From Hyphomicrobiaceae bacterium (lineage in GTDB: Bacteria; Pseudomonadota; Alphaproteobacteria; Rhizobiales; Hyphomicrobiaceae), in the NCBI GenBank assembly GCA_031431235.1, contig JANPDA010000431.1:367-64366 (forward strand): a DNA stretch of 64,000 nucleotides, written 5' to 3'. Shown here piece after piece: positions 28,029 to 38,736 of this stretch. Numbering within the stretch: the first letter of the stretch is position 1; the number at the start of each line of letters is the position of its first letter. The translations under genes were made by a program, and so were the position numbers. The notes under the pieces are model-generated. The model was given only the letters and a program-made list of their open reading frames with translations, ran no database searches and was not told the origin of the DNA.

Positions 28029-28287
28029 CAGCGTTCTCCTTGCTGTTGCGTCGTCCCTGCTGCTCCGACCTCTATGCAGGCTTTGGCCTCGCCGGCCAAT
28101 GGGTGAGGTGGCAATGGGGCGGTTGCGCGGCGGCCGCTCACGCCAGATCGCGAGCTCGTCGAAACCGGGCTCGAGAATTCCTCGCGCCTCGACGCAGGCA
28201 GCCGACGATCGTTGGCGAGCGCATCGTTGCAGGCCTGGGCGCGGAAACAGGCACCCTGGGTCATGGACGGAAGCTTACCGAGAAGCG

Positions 28288-29472
28288 TCATGAGGGCAAT
28301 GTGGAGCGATGGTGTTCGGCGCCTTCGCCATAGAGCCAATGGTAGCGGCGCAACAGTAGCGAGCCCGGAGCAATCCGCAGCGCCAGGTTGCGGACGGCTC
28401 CCGGCAGGCCATCCAGGTGATAGAAGCGCCCGTTCGAGCGCGAGGCCTGCTGCACCCGGCGCCACCGGGCGCGTCGGATCTCCTCGAAACGGCGGAAGGC
28501 GGTATCGGGATGCTCGCCATCGCGGGCAAGGCTCTCGGCCAGCGCGACCGCATCCTCAAGCGCGAGCGCGGCTCCTTGCGCGAGGAACGGCAGCACCGGA
28601 TGCGCGGCATCTCCGATCAACACCACGCGTCCCCGCGCGGCCCGGCCTCCGGCATCGCGCTCGTGCAGCGACCAGCGCCGCCAGCCGGCGACGCCATCGA
28701 GCAACCGGCGCACTGGTGCGGCCCAGCGCTCGAACGCCGCCCGCAACGGACCTGGCTCGGCCGCCTCGTTCCAGCCTTCGGCCTGGCGGCTGTCGGCAAT
28801 GACGGCAACGATGTTGAGCAGGCGGCCGCCATCGACCGGATAGTGCACGAGGTGGGCCGAAGGTCCGAGCCACAGGCCGACCGTATCGCGATCGAATGGC
28901 GTGCCTGCCCGGGAGCGCTCGATCAGAGCTCGCCAGGCGGCGTGACCCGTGAAGCGTGGTGGTGGCTCGCCCAAAGCCACCGATCGAGCTGCCGACCACA
29001 CGCCATCGGCGCCGACCAGCGCGGAGCCGCGCGCGGTGCGGCCATCCGCGGCCGAGGCGGTCACCTGGGCAGACGCCTCCTCGATGCGCGTCAGCCGGAA
29101 GCCGCGGGTGATGCCGATGCCGGCACGCTGCTCGACCGCCGCCAACAGCGCGCTGTGCAGGTCCTTGCGATGCAGGCACCAATAGGGGCCGCCGAACTGG
29201 ATCATCGCCGTTTTGCCGAGTGGCAGGCGCGCGAGCGTGCTTGCCTTGCGGCCGTCGCGGATCTCGATCGCCTCGGGGACGAAGACCGAATGCTCGATCC
29301 CCTCGGCCAAACCGAGGCGTGCGAGGGCTCGTACGGCATTGGGGCCAAGCTGTACGCCGGCGCCCGCCTCTTCGAGCGTGTCACGTGCTTCCAGCACCTC
29401 GACGCCGATGCCGCGCTGCCACAAGGACAGAGCCGCTGCGAGCCCGGCGATCCCAGCGCCTGCCACCAGCAC
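28288..29472 (-). CDS. FAD-dependent aromatic-ring monooxygenase (salicylate/3-hydroxybenzoate hydroxylase-like)
   Basis: GTG start. Dinucleotide fold VLVAGAGIAGLAAAL and the motif LIGDAAHPVLPFLAQGAALALEDA. Confidence 0.85.
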   Translation of the reverse strand: MLVAGAGIAGLAAALSLWQRGIGVEVLEARDTLEEAGAGVQLGPNAVRALARLGLAEGIEHSVFVPEAIEIRDGRKASTLARLPLGKTAMIQFGGPYWCLHRKDLHSALLAAVEQRAGIGITRGFRLTRIEEASAQVTASAADGRTARGSALVGADGVWSAARSVALGEPPPRFTGHAAWRALIERSRAGTPFDRDTVGLWLGPSAHLVHYPVDGGRLLNIVAVIADSRQAEGWNEAAEPGPLRAAFERWAAPVRRLLDGVAGWRRWSLHERDAGGRAARGRVVLIGDAAHPVLPFLAQGAALALEDAVALAESLARDGEHPDTAFRRFEEIRRARWRRVQQASRSNGRFYHLDGLPGAVRNLALRIAPGSLLLRRYHWLYGEGAEHHRSTLPS

Positions 29473-29498
29473 CGGCTCTCGAGCGGTCGCGGAAGCCG

Positions 29499-29750
29499 TC
29501 AGCTCGAGGTCTCCAGCCCGTCATGGACGCAGGTCGGCGGGTCGCTGTCCATGGGCCCGAGCCGCTCGTCATGGACATAGAGCGTCGAGCAATAGGGGCA
29601 GATGATCTGCGAATCCGAGCCCATGTCGAGGAACACGTGCGGATGGTCGAATGGCGCGCGCGCGCCCATGCACTGGATCTCGTGCGCGCCGACATGGATC
29701 TTCTCGACGCCCAGATCGTTGACGAGATGGGGAATGGTGGAGGCGGCCAT
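29499..29750 (-). CDS. zinc-finger (zf-CHCC, NDUFS6-like) domain protein
   Basis: 83 aa from ATG 29750: IQCMGARAPFDHPHVFLDMGSDSQIICPYCSTLY. Confidence 0.75.
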   Translation of the reverse strand: MAASTIPHLVNDLGVEKIHVGAHEIQCMGARAPFDHPHVFLDMGSDSQIICPYCSTLYVHDERLGPMDSDPPTCVHDGLETSS

Positions 29751-29857
29751 CGACAGTCCTCGGCAAAGGTCTTCCATTGCGGCTCGATGCAGGATAGGGG
29801 CATTTGCGCGCGAGAGCCAGCGCCGCCAAGTCGCGGCCAACATCGAGGCGAAATCGG

Positions 29858-30616
29858 ATGCGGACATTCTCCTCGGGTGGGATCGAGATCGCCTATCTGG
29901 ACGAGGGCGCAGGCGAGCCGGTGCTGCTGATCCACGGCTTTGCGTCGAACGCTCGCGTCAACTGGATCGATACGTCCTGGACGACGACGCTCGCCGGCGC
30001 CGGCTACCGGGTCGTCGCCTTCGACAATCGCGGTCATGGCCGCAGCCAGAAGCTTTATGACGAGGGCGTCTATGGCGCCGATCTGATGGCCGGCGACGCC
30101 GCCAACCTGCTCGACCATCTGTCGATCGAGAAAGCCCACGTCATGGGCTACTCCATGGGCGCGCGCATCGCGGCGTTTCTTGCACTCGCGCGCCCGGATC
30201 GCGTGCACAGCCTCGTCTTCGGCGGCCTCGGCATCAACATGGTTCGTGGCGTCGGCGGCGCCCGCCCGATCGCGCAGGCCCTGCTTGCTCCCTCGATCGA
30301 CGACGTTGCCAACGCGACGGCCCGCACCTTCCGCGCCTTTGCCGAGCAGACGGGTGGCGATCTGAAGGCGCTTGCCGCGGTGATCCTGGCGGCCCGCGCG
30401 AAGATCACGGCGGAAGCGCTGGCCACTCTGCGACCGCCGGTGCTCGTCGCCGTCGGCAGCGACGACGTGATCGGCGGCTCGGCCGCCGAGCTGGCCGCCC
30501 TCATCCCGGGCGCTCGAGCCTTCGTCATTGCCGGCCGCGATCACATGAAGGCCGTCGGCGACCGGGCCTACAAGGACGCCGTGCTCGCCTGGCTCGCGCG
30601 ACACCCCATGGCCTGA
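29858..30616 (+). CDS. alpha/beta hydrolase
   Basis: 252 aa: PVLLIHGFASN, nucleophile elbow VMGYSMGA, and C-terminal GRDHM. Confidence 0.85.
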   Translation: MRTFSSGGIEIAYLDEGAGEPVLLIHGFASNARVNWIDTSWTTTLAGAGYRVVAFDNRGHGRSQKLYDEGVYGADLMAGDAANLLDHLSIEKAHVMGYSMGARIAAFLALARPDRVHSLVFGGLGINMVRGVGGARPIAQALLAPSIDDVANATARTFRAFAEQTGGDLKALAAVILAARAKITAEALATLRPPVLVAVGSDDVIGGSAAELAALIPGARAFVIAGRDHMKAVGDRAYKDAVLAWLARHPMA

Positions 30617-30629
30617 CCCGAGCGCTCCC

Positions 30630-33293
30630 TCAGCCGACCGCCTCGATCCGCTTGAGGGCAGCCGTCAGCATCTCGACAATTGCCTCGAAGCCGGCGCGGC
30701 GCTCCCGGTTCTCGGTGACCACGTGCTCGGGTGCCTTGGCCATGAACGCCTCGTTGCCGAGCCGCTGATCGACCTTGGCGATCTCGGCCCTGGCCTTGTC
30801 GATCTCGCGCGACAGGCGCTCGCGCTCGGCTCCGACGTCGATGATGCCCGCGAGCGGGAGCGCGGCGGTAGCTTCCCCGACCACGATCTGCACCGAGCCC
30901 TTTGGCGGCTCGGCGGCGAGCTCGATCGCCTCCAGGCGCGCAAGCCGCTTGATCACGTCGCCGTGGCGGGCGGCACGCTTTCTGGTCTCGTCAGCGGCGC
31001 CGCACAGCACGAGGCGCAGCGGCGCGGAGGGCACGCCGATCTCGGTCCTGACCGAGCGGATGCCGGAGACGAGCGCGATCACCCAGCCGATCTCGGCGTC
31101 GGCGTCCGAATTCTCGAGCCCCTTCAGCTTCGGCCACACAGCGACCGCCAGCATGGTCTCGCGCGTTGGGCCGGTTTCCCCTGTCCGCTCCCACAGCTCC
31201 TCGGTGATGAAAGGCATGAACGGATGCAGCAGCACGAGGATCTGATCGAGCACGAAGGCGGCGGTCGCGCGCGTCTCGGCTTTCGCTTTCTCGTCGCTTC
31301 CGGCGAAGATCGGCTTGGCGAGCTCGAGGAACCAGTCGCAATAGATACCCCAGACGAAGTCGTAGAGCCCGCCCGCCGCCTCGTTGAACTTGTAGGCTTC
31401 GAGCCCCTCGACCACGGCGCGGGCGGCCCGCTCGGTCTCGCCCAGGATCCAGCGGTTGAGCGTGCCCTTGACCTTTTTCGGGTTGAAGGCGGGATCGCGC
31501 CGGCACTCGTTCATCTCGGCGAAGCGCGCGGCATTCCAGAGCTTGGTCGCGAAGTTGCGGTTGCCCTCGATCGCGGCTTTGGCGAGCTTGATGTCTCTCC
31601 CTTGAGCCGCGAGTCGCGCGAGCGTGAAGCGCAGCGCGTCGGCGCCGTACTCGTCGATCAGCTCCAGGGGGTCGATCACGTTGCCCTTCGACTTCGACAT
31701 CTTCTGCCCCTTCTCGTCGCGCACGAGGGCATGGATGTAGACCGTGTCGAAGGGCACCTTTTTCATGAAGTGCAGCCCCGTCATCATCATCCGGGCGACC
31801 CAGAAGAAGATGATGTCGAAGCCGGTGACGAGGACGTTGGTCGGATAGTAGCGCGCGACCTCCGGCGTCTCGTCGGGCCAGCCGAGCGTCGAGAACGGCC
31901 ACAGGGCAGACGAGAACCAGGTGTCGAGCACGTCGGGGTCACGTTTGAGGGCGGTCGACTTGCCATAATGGGCGGAGGCCAGAGCGGTTGCGTCACTCTC
32001 GCTCTCGGCGACGAAGATCTCGCCGTCCGGCCCATCCCACGCCGGGATCTGATGTCCCCCCCCGAGCTGGCGAGAGATGCACCAGGGCTCGATGTTGCGC
32101 ATCCATTCGAAGTAGGTCTTCGACCAATTGTCAGGGACGAAGCGCGTTTTCCCACTCTCGACCGCCTTGATTGCCGGCTTGGCGAGAGTCTTCGCATCCA
32201 CGTACCATTGGTCGGTCAGCCACGGCTCCACTGGCACGCCGGAACGATCCCCATGCGGGACCATGTGCGTGTGCGCCTCGATCTTGTCGAGCAGCCCCAA
32301 CGCCTCGATGTCAGCAACGATCCTCTTGCGCGCTTCGAACCGGTCCAAGCCCTTGTACTCGCCTCCATTCTCGTTGATGCGGGCGAACGCATCGAGCACG
32401 TTGATGCTCCCGAGCTTGTGCCGCTTGCCGACCTCGAAATCGTTGAAGTCGTGGGCGGGCGTGATTTTGACGGCCCCGGTCCCCTTCTCGGGGTCGGAGT
32501 AGTCATCCGCCACGATGGGGATCTCGCGTCCCACCAGCGGCAGCACGACCATCTTCCCGATCAGGTGCTTGTAGCGCGCGTCGTCGGGATGCACTGCAAC
32601 CGCCGTGTCGCCGAGCATGGTCTCGGGGCGCGTGGTGGCGATGACGATGAACTTGGACGGGTCATCCTTGAGGGGATAGCGGAAGTGCCAGAGATGGCCC
32701 TTCACCTCCTGCTGCACGACCTCGAGATCGCTGATCGCCGTCTGGAACCTCGGGTCCCAGTTGACGAGGCGTTTATCCTTGTAGATCAGCTTCTTGCGGT
32801 AGAGCTCGACGAACACCTTGAGGACGGCGCGCGACAACCCCTCGTCCATGGTGAAGCGGTCCCGCGACCAGTCGCAGGACGCCCCCAGCCGCTTCAACTG
32901 ATTGGTGATGGTCCCGCCCGACTGCTCCTTCCACTTCCAGACTTCCGCGATGAAAGCCTCGCGACCCATCGTCCGCCGGTCGGTCTTGTTCTCGGCGGCG
33001 AGCTTGCGCTCCACGACCATCTGCGTCGCGATGCCCGCATGGTCGGTGCCCGGTTGCCACAGCACGTCGCGACCGCGCATCCGCTCGAAGCGGCAGAGGA
33101 TGTCCTGCAGCGTGTTGTTGAGTGCGTGCCCCATGTGCAGAGAGCCCGTCACGTTGGGCGGCGGGATCACGATCGTGTAGGGTTTCGCCTTGGGGGACAG
33201 GCCCGGGCGGCCGGCACGGAACGCGCCCGATTCCTCCCATTGGCGATAGATGCGGCCCTCGACCTCGGAGGGCAGGTAGGATTTCTCGAGCAT
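30630..33293 (-). CDS. valS: valine--tRNA ligase
   Basis: 887 aa: [15 protein letters not shown] (HIGH), KMSKSKGN (KMSKS), and a C-terminal coiled coil. An atypical [11 protein letters not shown] replaces the expected LWWGHQIPAWY (see findings). Confidence 0.95.
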   Translation of the reverse strand: MLEKSYLPSEVEGRIYRQWEESGAFRAGRPGLSPKAKPYTIVIPPPNVTGSLHMGHALNNTLQDILCRFERMRGRDVLWQPGTDHAGIATQMVVERKLAAENKTDRRTMGREAFIAEVWKWKEQSGGTITNQLKRLGASCDWSRDRFTMDEGLSRAVLKVFVELYRKKLIYKDKRLVNWDPRFQTAISDLEVVQQEVKGHLWHFRYPLKDDPSKFIVIATTRPETMLGDTAVAVHPDDARYKHLIGKMVVLPLVGREIPIVADDYSDPEKGTGAVKITPAHDFNDFEVGKRHKLGSINVLDAFARINENGGEYKGLDRFEARKRIVADIEALGLLDKIEAHTHMVPHGDRSGVPVEPWLTDQWYVDAKTLAKPAIKAVESGKTRFVPDNWSKTYFEWMRNIEPWCISRQLGGGHQIPAWDGPDGEIFVAESESDATALASAHYGKSTALKRDPDVLDTWFSSALWPFSTLGWPDETPEVARYYPTNVLVTGFDIIFFWVARMMMTGLHFMKKVPFDTVYIHALVRDEKGQKMSKSKGNVIDPLELIDEYGADALRFTLARLAAQGRDIKLAKAAIEGNRNFATKLWNAARFAEMNECRRDPAFNPKKVKGTLNRWILGETERAARAVVEGLEAYKFNEAAGGLYDFVWGIYCDWFLELAKPIFAGSDEKAKAETRATAAFVLDQILVLLHPFMPFITEELWERTGETGPTRETMLAVAVWPKLKGLENSDADAEIGWVIALVSGIRSVRTEIGVPSAPLRLVLCGAADETRKRAARHGDVIKRLARLEAIELAAEPPKGSVQIVVGEATAALPLAGIIDVGAERERLSREIDKARAEIAKVDQRLGNEAFMAKAPEHVVTENRERRAGFEAIVEMLTAALKRIEAVG

Positions 33294-33388
33294 GATTGTG
33301 CTTGGGTTGGTGCCAGCGCCGACGTTGCGCGTGCTTACGCGGCGCCGCGACAGGGTGTCAACGCTGCTGGCAGGCAGGCGAGCCGCCC

Positions 33389-34540
33389 TCAGCTGCCGTT
33401 CTTGCCACCGAGCGACTTGCCGATATCACCAGGTGTGAGGGCTCTGGCGATGATGCGCGGCATGTTGGCGTCGAGCCACTCGCGCAGCATCGGCTTCAGC
33501 AGCTCGGCGACCGTATCCTCGAGCGAGCGGACCGGAAGCAGCATCGAGCCGATGCCTGGAGCGGCAGCGACCGCTGTGACTGTCGCGGCAGTGACCGTTG
33601 TGGCTGTCGCGGCGGTCGTTGCCAGCGCATTGCCGGTCGGCTCAGCAACAGCCGCAATCTCCTCGGCAACGATCCGGGGTGCGTCTGCTGTCGCGGCTGG
33701 CTCGGCCTCGGTCTGGCTCGTTGATTCGAACGCATCGAGACTGATCACGTCGTCGGCATCGCCAGCCTCGTCGAGTGGTCGGGTGTCACCGGCTCGCGAC
33801 CCATTGAACACCTCGGGGGATGCCGATGCTCCCGTCAATTCGATCTCGTCATCGGAGGCGCCGGCCTCGACGATCGGGGCCGGGGCTGCAGTCGGGGGAG
33901 CTGCTCTGGCCACCACCGGCGTCGTCGTGGCTGGAGCCTTGGCGGCAACCGGCCTTGCGACGGCCAACGGTGCGGCCGGCGGCGGCGCAGGACGCGGAAC
34001 TGCAATCTCAGCCGTTCGTGACCGCAGTGTTGCCGGCGCGGGAGTTGGTTGCGGACGGACCGGTATGCTGCTCGCCTCGGTCTTTGCGACCGGGGCCGCC
34101 ACGGGTCGCAGAACCGACGCGATCGGCTGGGGCGCAGGCGGTACGGCGGCCATGGGTGCTGGCGTGCGGCGTGCGAGTGGCGGCGGGTCGGCCAGAGTTG
34201 GGCGGGCGGCGGCTGCGGGAGCCTGACGCGGCGGTTGCGGCCGCAGGGCATCCAGGCGTGGTGCGGCAACTGGGGCAGGTCTGGCGGCCGGCGTACGATC
34301 GAGATCGAGAATATCGTCGTCCTCTGCTTCGACCAGACCGTCGTCGTCAGTCTGCTCGTCGAGCGCCCGCGCGAGCTCGTTGGCAAAGGCATTGCCCGGT
34401 GCGGGCTTGGGCGCTGGCTGTCGGTCGCGGCGCGGTCTGGCGTCCATCAGGTCGTCGCCCGCGTCCTCGGAGATGATCCGGCGGATGGATGCGAGGATCT
34501 CTTCCATGCTGGCGTCTGGGTTCTGATCGGTTCTGCTCAT
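33389..34540 (-). CDS. popZ: DUF2497 / PopZ-like polar organising protein
   Basis: N-terminal [26 protein letters not shown], a long Pro/Ala-rich disordered middle, and C-terminal [29 protein letters not shown]. It sits in the valS-tolC neighbourhood usual for this gene in Alphaproteobacteria. Confidence 0.8.
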   Translation of the reverse strand: MSRTDQNPDASMEEILASIRRIISEDAGDDLMDARPRRDRQPAPKPAPGNAFANELARALDEQTDDDGLVEAEDDDILDLDRTPAARPAPVAAPRLDALRPQPPRQAPAAAARPTLADPPPLARRTPAPMAAVPPAPQPIASVLRPVAAPVAKTEASSIPVRPQPTPAPATLRSRTAEIAVPRPAPPPAAPLAVARPVAAKAPATTTPVVARAAPPTAAPAPIVEAGASDDEIELTGASASPEVFNGSRAGDTRPLDEAGDADDVISLDAFESTSQTEAEPAATADAPRIVAEEIAAVAEPTGNALATTAATATTVTAATVTAVAAAPGIGSMLLPVRSLEDTVAELLKPMLREWLDANMPRIIARALTPGDIGKSLGGKNGS

Positions 34541-34809
34541 TGTCCAGTCCTTCCGTGCGCTAAAGCCACGCGCACCTGTCGGCATCCAGCCGGCGGTCGA
34601 GCGCCCATCGTCACCGTTCCGAATTCGCCTTTATGCTCCCATTTGAACCGAATGAAGGCAAGGCCCCAGTGGAATTCCGCAGTTTTCCCGGCAACGCCAA
34701 CCCTCCCGCCGTTCACATCCGAGCGTCATCCGAGATGACGGAGCTATCACGAACAAATCGGCTGCACCATGGCGATCTGGCTGACCACAATCCTGCTGCC
34801 GCTTCGGGC

Positions 34810-36336
34810 TCATTTCTGGGAGACGGTCGCATCCGACCAGTCGAGCTGGATCTCCGTCGACCAGGGCGACACATACTCGCTCTGTACATTTTCCGTATGC
34901 AGTCCGTCGATCGTGGTGCCGGAATAGCCGTCCTCGCGCTCGATCGTGAAGCCCCACCATTTGCCGTTGGTCTGGCGGAAATGCTCCTCGGCATCATAGA
35001 GCCCGACGCCGAGGCCGAGGTCGCTCGCCGTCAGCCGCCCGGTCGCCGCATAGAGTGAGTAGGCAGCCACGATCAGATCCCGCCGTGTGCTGACGAGCCG
35101 CACCTGGGCATCCAGGTTCTCCTGCTGGGCGTCAAGCACGTCGAGCAGGGTACGCTGGCCGACCTTCTCCTCCTCGCGCACACCGTCGAGCGCGGTCTGG
35201 GTCGCCTCCACTTGAATCTGATCGGATTGCAACTGGGCGCGCGCCGCGACCAGCCGCGACCATGCCGTGACCACGCGCGAGCGGGCCTGCACACGGGCCT
35301 GCTCGATGTCCTCCATCTGGCCTTGGCGCTCCTGCTTGGCTTGGCGGACGCGAGCCGAGATCTCGCCGCCCTGATAGAAGGGGACGGTCAGTCGTGCGAA
35401 GATCTGCGCGAGCTCCTGGCGCTCCACCAGCAGGCTCGGATCGAGTCTCTCCTGGATCAAGGCGTCGACCCGCACTTGCGGCAGCGATTCACCCTCGATG
35501 CGCTTGATGGTATGGCGGGATGCCTGCTCGCGGAAGGCGGCGGAGACCACATCCGGATCCTCCGCCATGCCGGTCGCGATCGCCTCGTCGAGCGTTGCGG
35601 GCAGCAAGTGATCGATCGGTCGAGGATCTTGCAGGGACCCTGGCGCATGGCCGACGATGCGGATGTACTCGCCAATGCTCGAGCGGACATTGCTCTTGGC
35701 GAGCTCGAGCGCGGAGACTGCGCCGGCGCGGCGGGCGCGCGCCTGGGCGACGTCGGTCTTGGTCACCTCGCCGACGGCGAACCGTTCCTCGGTACCGCTC
35801 AGCTGCTCGGAAAGCACAGACACGTTGCTTTGACGCAACCGCACGATCGCCTGGTCGCGGATCACGTTGGTATAGACAGTGACCCCGTCCAGCAGCGTCT
35901 GCAACTCGATGCCGCGCAGCACCTCGCGCTGCGCGAGCACTGACGATTCTGCCTCGCGCACGCCATAGACGGTCTGATAGCCGTCGAAGATGGGCTGCGA
36001 CAGCGAAAGCGTGACACTGCGAGGATGAACGGTGCCATCCGCGCGCGAGCCCGGATCCGTCTCGGTCCGCTGACTGCCGACATCGGCCTGGCCACTGATG
36101 GTCGGGCGGTAGCCCGATTGCGCCCGTGCAATGTCCTCGTCTCTGGCCCGAACACGTGCGCGCTCGGCATTGATCGCTGGGTTGCTGGTGTAGGTTGCAG
36201 CCAGCGCCTCATAGAGCGTCTCGGCGCGGGCTGCTGTCCGGGACAGCAACAGCGCCATCCCGGCGGCGAGACACACCCTCGCGAGGCGGCCATTGTTGCG
36301 TGCCGACAAAATGGCCAGCGGATTGGTCGATCGCAT
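34810..36336 (-). CDS. tolC: TolC-family outer-membrane efflux channel
   Basis: 508 aa with a signal peptide, then ETLYEALAATYTSNPAINAERARVRARDEDIARAQSGYRPTIS. The internally duplicated OEP repeat pattern is present. Confidence 0.9.
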   Translation of the reverse strand: MRSTNPLAILSARNNGRLARVCLAAGMALLLSRTAARAETLYEALAATYTSNPAINAERARVRARDEDIARAQSGYRPTISGQADVGSQRTETDPGSRADGTVHPRSVTLSLSQPIFDGYQTVYGVREAESSVLAQREVLRGIELQTLLDGVTVYTNVIRDQAIVRLRQSNVSVLSEQLSGTEERFAVGEVTKTDVAQARARRAGAVSALELAKSNVRSSIGEYIRIVGHAPGSLQDPRPIDHLLPATLDEAIATGMAEDPDVVSAAFREQASRHTIKRIEGESLPQVRVDALIQERLDPSLLVERQELAQIFARLTVPFYQGGEISARVRQAKQERQGQMEDIEQARVQARSRVVTAWSRLVAARAQLQSDQIQVEATQTALDGVREEEKVGQRTLLDVLDAQQENLDAQVRLVSTRRDLIVAAYSLYAATGRLTASDLGLGVGLYDAEEHFRQTNGKWWGFTIEREDGYSGTTIDGLHTENVQSEYVSPWSTEIQLDWSDATVSQK

Positions 36337-36668
36337 GATGTAAGGCTGCCCCTTCGCTCGAACCTCGAAGGGCCGGTAACGTCGCTACTTGAAATCCGGC
36401 CTCGACGCCTCGACGCAACAGTACCGCACGGTCGCTTGCACAGCCCGGCCAGGCCTCACCGGCCAATCCGGGGGCAACCGGAGGAAAGCAGGCGCTCCGC
36501 CTTCACGGGCGGTTTGGCCAACTCAAAGAGTTAATCGATCATTAATCGCTCACGGCGCGATTCGATTGCCATTGCAACCGTTGGCGTCACGGTTCGCGAC
36601 AAAATGCAGGGTGGCACGTCAGGTCTTGACTGTGAGGAGGCAGCCCGGGTCTCGGGGCTCCTGCCGCA

Positions 36669-37340
36669 TCAGAATAGGAAGGCTGGCGCTTTCTCGAAGC
36701 CTGGGAGCGCTGGAGCTGCCGCGTTGAAGACGGGCCGGCTGCTCCAGCCCTGTCCGGCGCGCTCGAACAGCATGGCTTGGGCGTGTCGGCTCTCGCCGAC
36801 CACGGCAACCAGCCGCCCGGACAGCTTCAACTGCTGCCGGAAGGTGTCGGGCACCTCGGGCACGCAGCCCCCGAAAATGATCACGTCGAAAGGTCCTTCG
36901 GCGGCGCAGCCCTCCGCCAGCGGTGCGTCGATCACGTTTGCGTTGTCCACAGAAAGATCCGCCAGCGTCTTCCGTGCGCGGTCGGCAAGCCCCTTGTTGC
37001 TCTCGGTTGCCACGACCGACATCGCAAGGCGCGCAATGATCGCCGTCAGATAGCCGCTGCCGCAGCCGACCTCGAGCACCAAATCGTCGGCCGCGATCGC
37101 GGCCAACTGCAACAGCTTCGAGATGACGAGTGGCGATCCCATGCGTCTGGCATCGCGCGACGGCACGGTTGCCTCCATCGGCACGGCCTCGTCGATATAG
37201 GCGAGGTCGGCCATGGCCGGCGCGACGAACCGCTCGCGGGGCACCTCGCGCATCGCGCGCAGGATACGCCGGTCGGTTACATCATTGGGCTGAACCTGGC
37301 TCTCGACCATATTGCGGCGCATGCGGGCGAAATCGATCAT
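36669..37340 (-). CDS. pcm: protein-L-isoaspartate O-methyltransferase
   Basis: MIDFARMRRNMVESQVQPNDVTDRRILRAMREVPRERF with the SAM motif VLEVGCGSGYLTA. The ORF could extend to 37379. Confidence 0.85.
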   Translation of the reverse strand: MIDFARMRRNMVESQVQPNDVTDRRILRAMREVPRERFVAPAMADLAYIDEAVPMEATVPSRDARRMGSPLVISKLLQLAAIAADDLVLEVGCGSGYLTAIIARLAMSVVATESNKGLADRARKTLADLSVDNANVIDAPLAEGCAAEGPFDVIIFGGCVPEVPDTFRQQLKLSGRLVAVVGESRHAQAMLFERAGQGWSSRPVFNAAAPALPGFEKAPAFLF

Positions 37341-37439
37341 CGGCTCATCGTTCCCGGTGGCAGGCTGGATTCCCTCCACTCATAGCCGAAGCTGGATGGG
37401 GCGCGGAAGTGGCAAGCGACGGGCCCGGCGTCTCGAGCC

Positions 37440-38282
37440 TCAGTGGGACATGAACACCGGGATCTCGGCTGCGGCAAGGATATGGCTTGTCGCTCCCCCG
37501 AAGATCATCTGGCGCAAGCGGCTCTGGGTGTAGGCGCCTTTGATCAGCAGGTCAGCGCCGGCGGTCATCGCCTCGGCGAGAATGGTCTCGCCAGTGGTGC
37601 GCGTGCCGGGCTTGGCGGTGCGCTCTGTGGCCTTGATCCCGTTGGCGGCCAGCAGGCTCGCGAGCTCGGCGCCACTGGGACCAGGCACGGTTCCGCCTTC
37701 CACCGTCAACACCGTCACCTTCTCGGCCCGCTCGATCACCGGCATGGCGAGCGCGACGCAGCGGGAGGTCTCGGTGCTGCAATTCCAGGCAATCAGGACG
37801 TGCTTGCCCAGCGATCGCGGCGCAGCGGGTGGCGCAATCAGCAGCGGCCGGCCGCTCTCGAACAGGATTGCCTCGAGCGTGCTGATGCGTGGGCTCGAGC
37901 CATCGCCGCGCGGGCGGGCGAAAACGGTGAGGTCGTAGGCGCGTGCCGTCAGGCCGATCTGGCTCTCGACGAGTGGCTCCTCGCCCTTCCAGCCAAAGCT
38001 CGGACGGTCGGACCCGGTCCCGCGCGCGGCAATTCCCGCGCCGCGCATCGCCCGCTCGAACGTGCCCCGCAACTCGCCGGCCGGCACGGCCTCGCGTACT
38101 TCGTAGTGGGGGACCGGAATGCCGCCGAGCGCGCCCCCGACATAGATGTCCTCGATCAAGGGCCTGGTGGCGACGCCTTCGATCTCCGAGCCGAAGATCC
38201 GGGCGAACTGCACAGCCGTTGCGAACACCTGCTCGATCAGCGCGTGCTTCTCGACCGGTACCAGAATCCGTTTCATCGACAT
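37440..38282 (-). CDS. universal stress protein (tandem UspA domains)
   Basis: 280 aa from ATG 38282: MSMKRILVPV..., with a second domain ending LLIKGAYTQSRLRQMIFGGATSHIL. Confidence 0.8.
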   Translation of the reverse strand: MSMKRILVPVEKHALIEQVFATAVQFARIFGSEIEGVATRPLIEDIYVGGALGGIPVPHYEVREAVPAGELRGTFERAMRGAGIAARGTGSDRPSFGWKGEEPLVESQIGLTARAYDLTVFARPRGDGSSPRISTLEAILFESGRPLLIAPPAAPRSLGKHVLIAWNCSTETSRCVALAMPVIERAEKVTVLTVEGGTVPGPSGAELASLLAANGIKATERTAKPGTRTTGETILAEAMTAGADLLIKGAYTQSRLRQMIFGGATSHILAAAEIPVFMSH

Positions 38283-38565
38283 GGTCTCGCCCTTCCGATC
38301 TGTCAGGTTGCAGTGCAGCGAGAGGCCTCTCGTCCTTCGAGCCGGGAGGGTGCCTGCGAGTCGAGCCAATCTCAAGCGAAAGTGTGAGTGCCGGGTTGTT
38401 TTTCTTCGTCCCGGCTCGCTTCGTTGGGGTGGTGCTCCACATCCGAAGCGTTTGCGTGCGCGGCGGAAGCTTGCTAGGAGATGCCGGTCGGGCCGGCTCA
38501 CGAAGCCGTTACCCGTGGGCTCGGAGGGGCACCACACCTCCATGCCGAAGCACTCGAGAGTTTCA

Positions 38566-38639
38566 GGCCACGTGGCGGAGTGGTTACGCACCGGACTGCA
38601 AATCCGTGAATCCCGGTTCGATTCCGGGCGTGGCCTCCA
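38566..38639 (+). tRNA. tRNA-Cys (GCA)
   Basis: GGCCACGTGGCGGAGTGGTTACGCACCGGACTGCAAATCCGTGAATCCCGGTTCGATTCCGGGCGTGGCCTCCA. It has a 7-bp acceptor stem, GCA anticodon in a CT-GCA-AA loop, GGTTCGATTCC T-arm, U73 discriminator and an encoded CCA. Confidence 0.95.
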
Positions 38640-38736
38640 CTCATTTTATCCAGTGTTTTCAAGCGTTTGCGCAGCGTGCCCCGGGCGGCACGAGCTGTGC
38701 CCGCCCGAAGCTTTGCTCTATCGGCTCACGACGACA

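Noticed and set aside
28029-28287. Possible small gene between the FAD monooxygenase gene and the 97-aa gene
   Set aside because: I translated the minus-strand frames by eye. The products (for example MTQGACFRAQACNDALANDRRL...) match no family I recognise and lack a clear RBS, so the interval is left unannotated.
30723-34226. 1167-aa plus-strand ORF
   Set aside because: It is antisense to valS and the PopZ-like gene. The product is low-complexity and Ala/Gly/Arg-rich. Shadow ORF.
37440-38591. Full 383-aa extent of the ORF containing the Usp gene
   Set aside because: The N-terminal 103 codons are Arg-rich with no homology signal and run to within 30 nt of, and partly over, the tRNA-Cys gene on the other strand. 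The start was moved to MSMKRILVPV at 38282.
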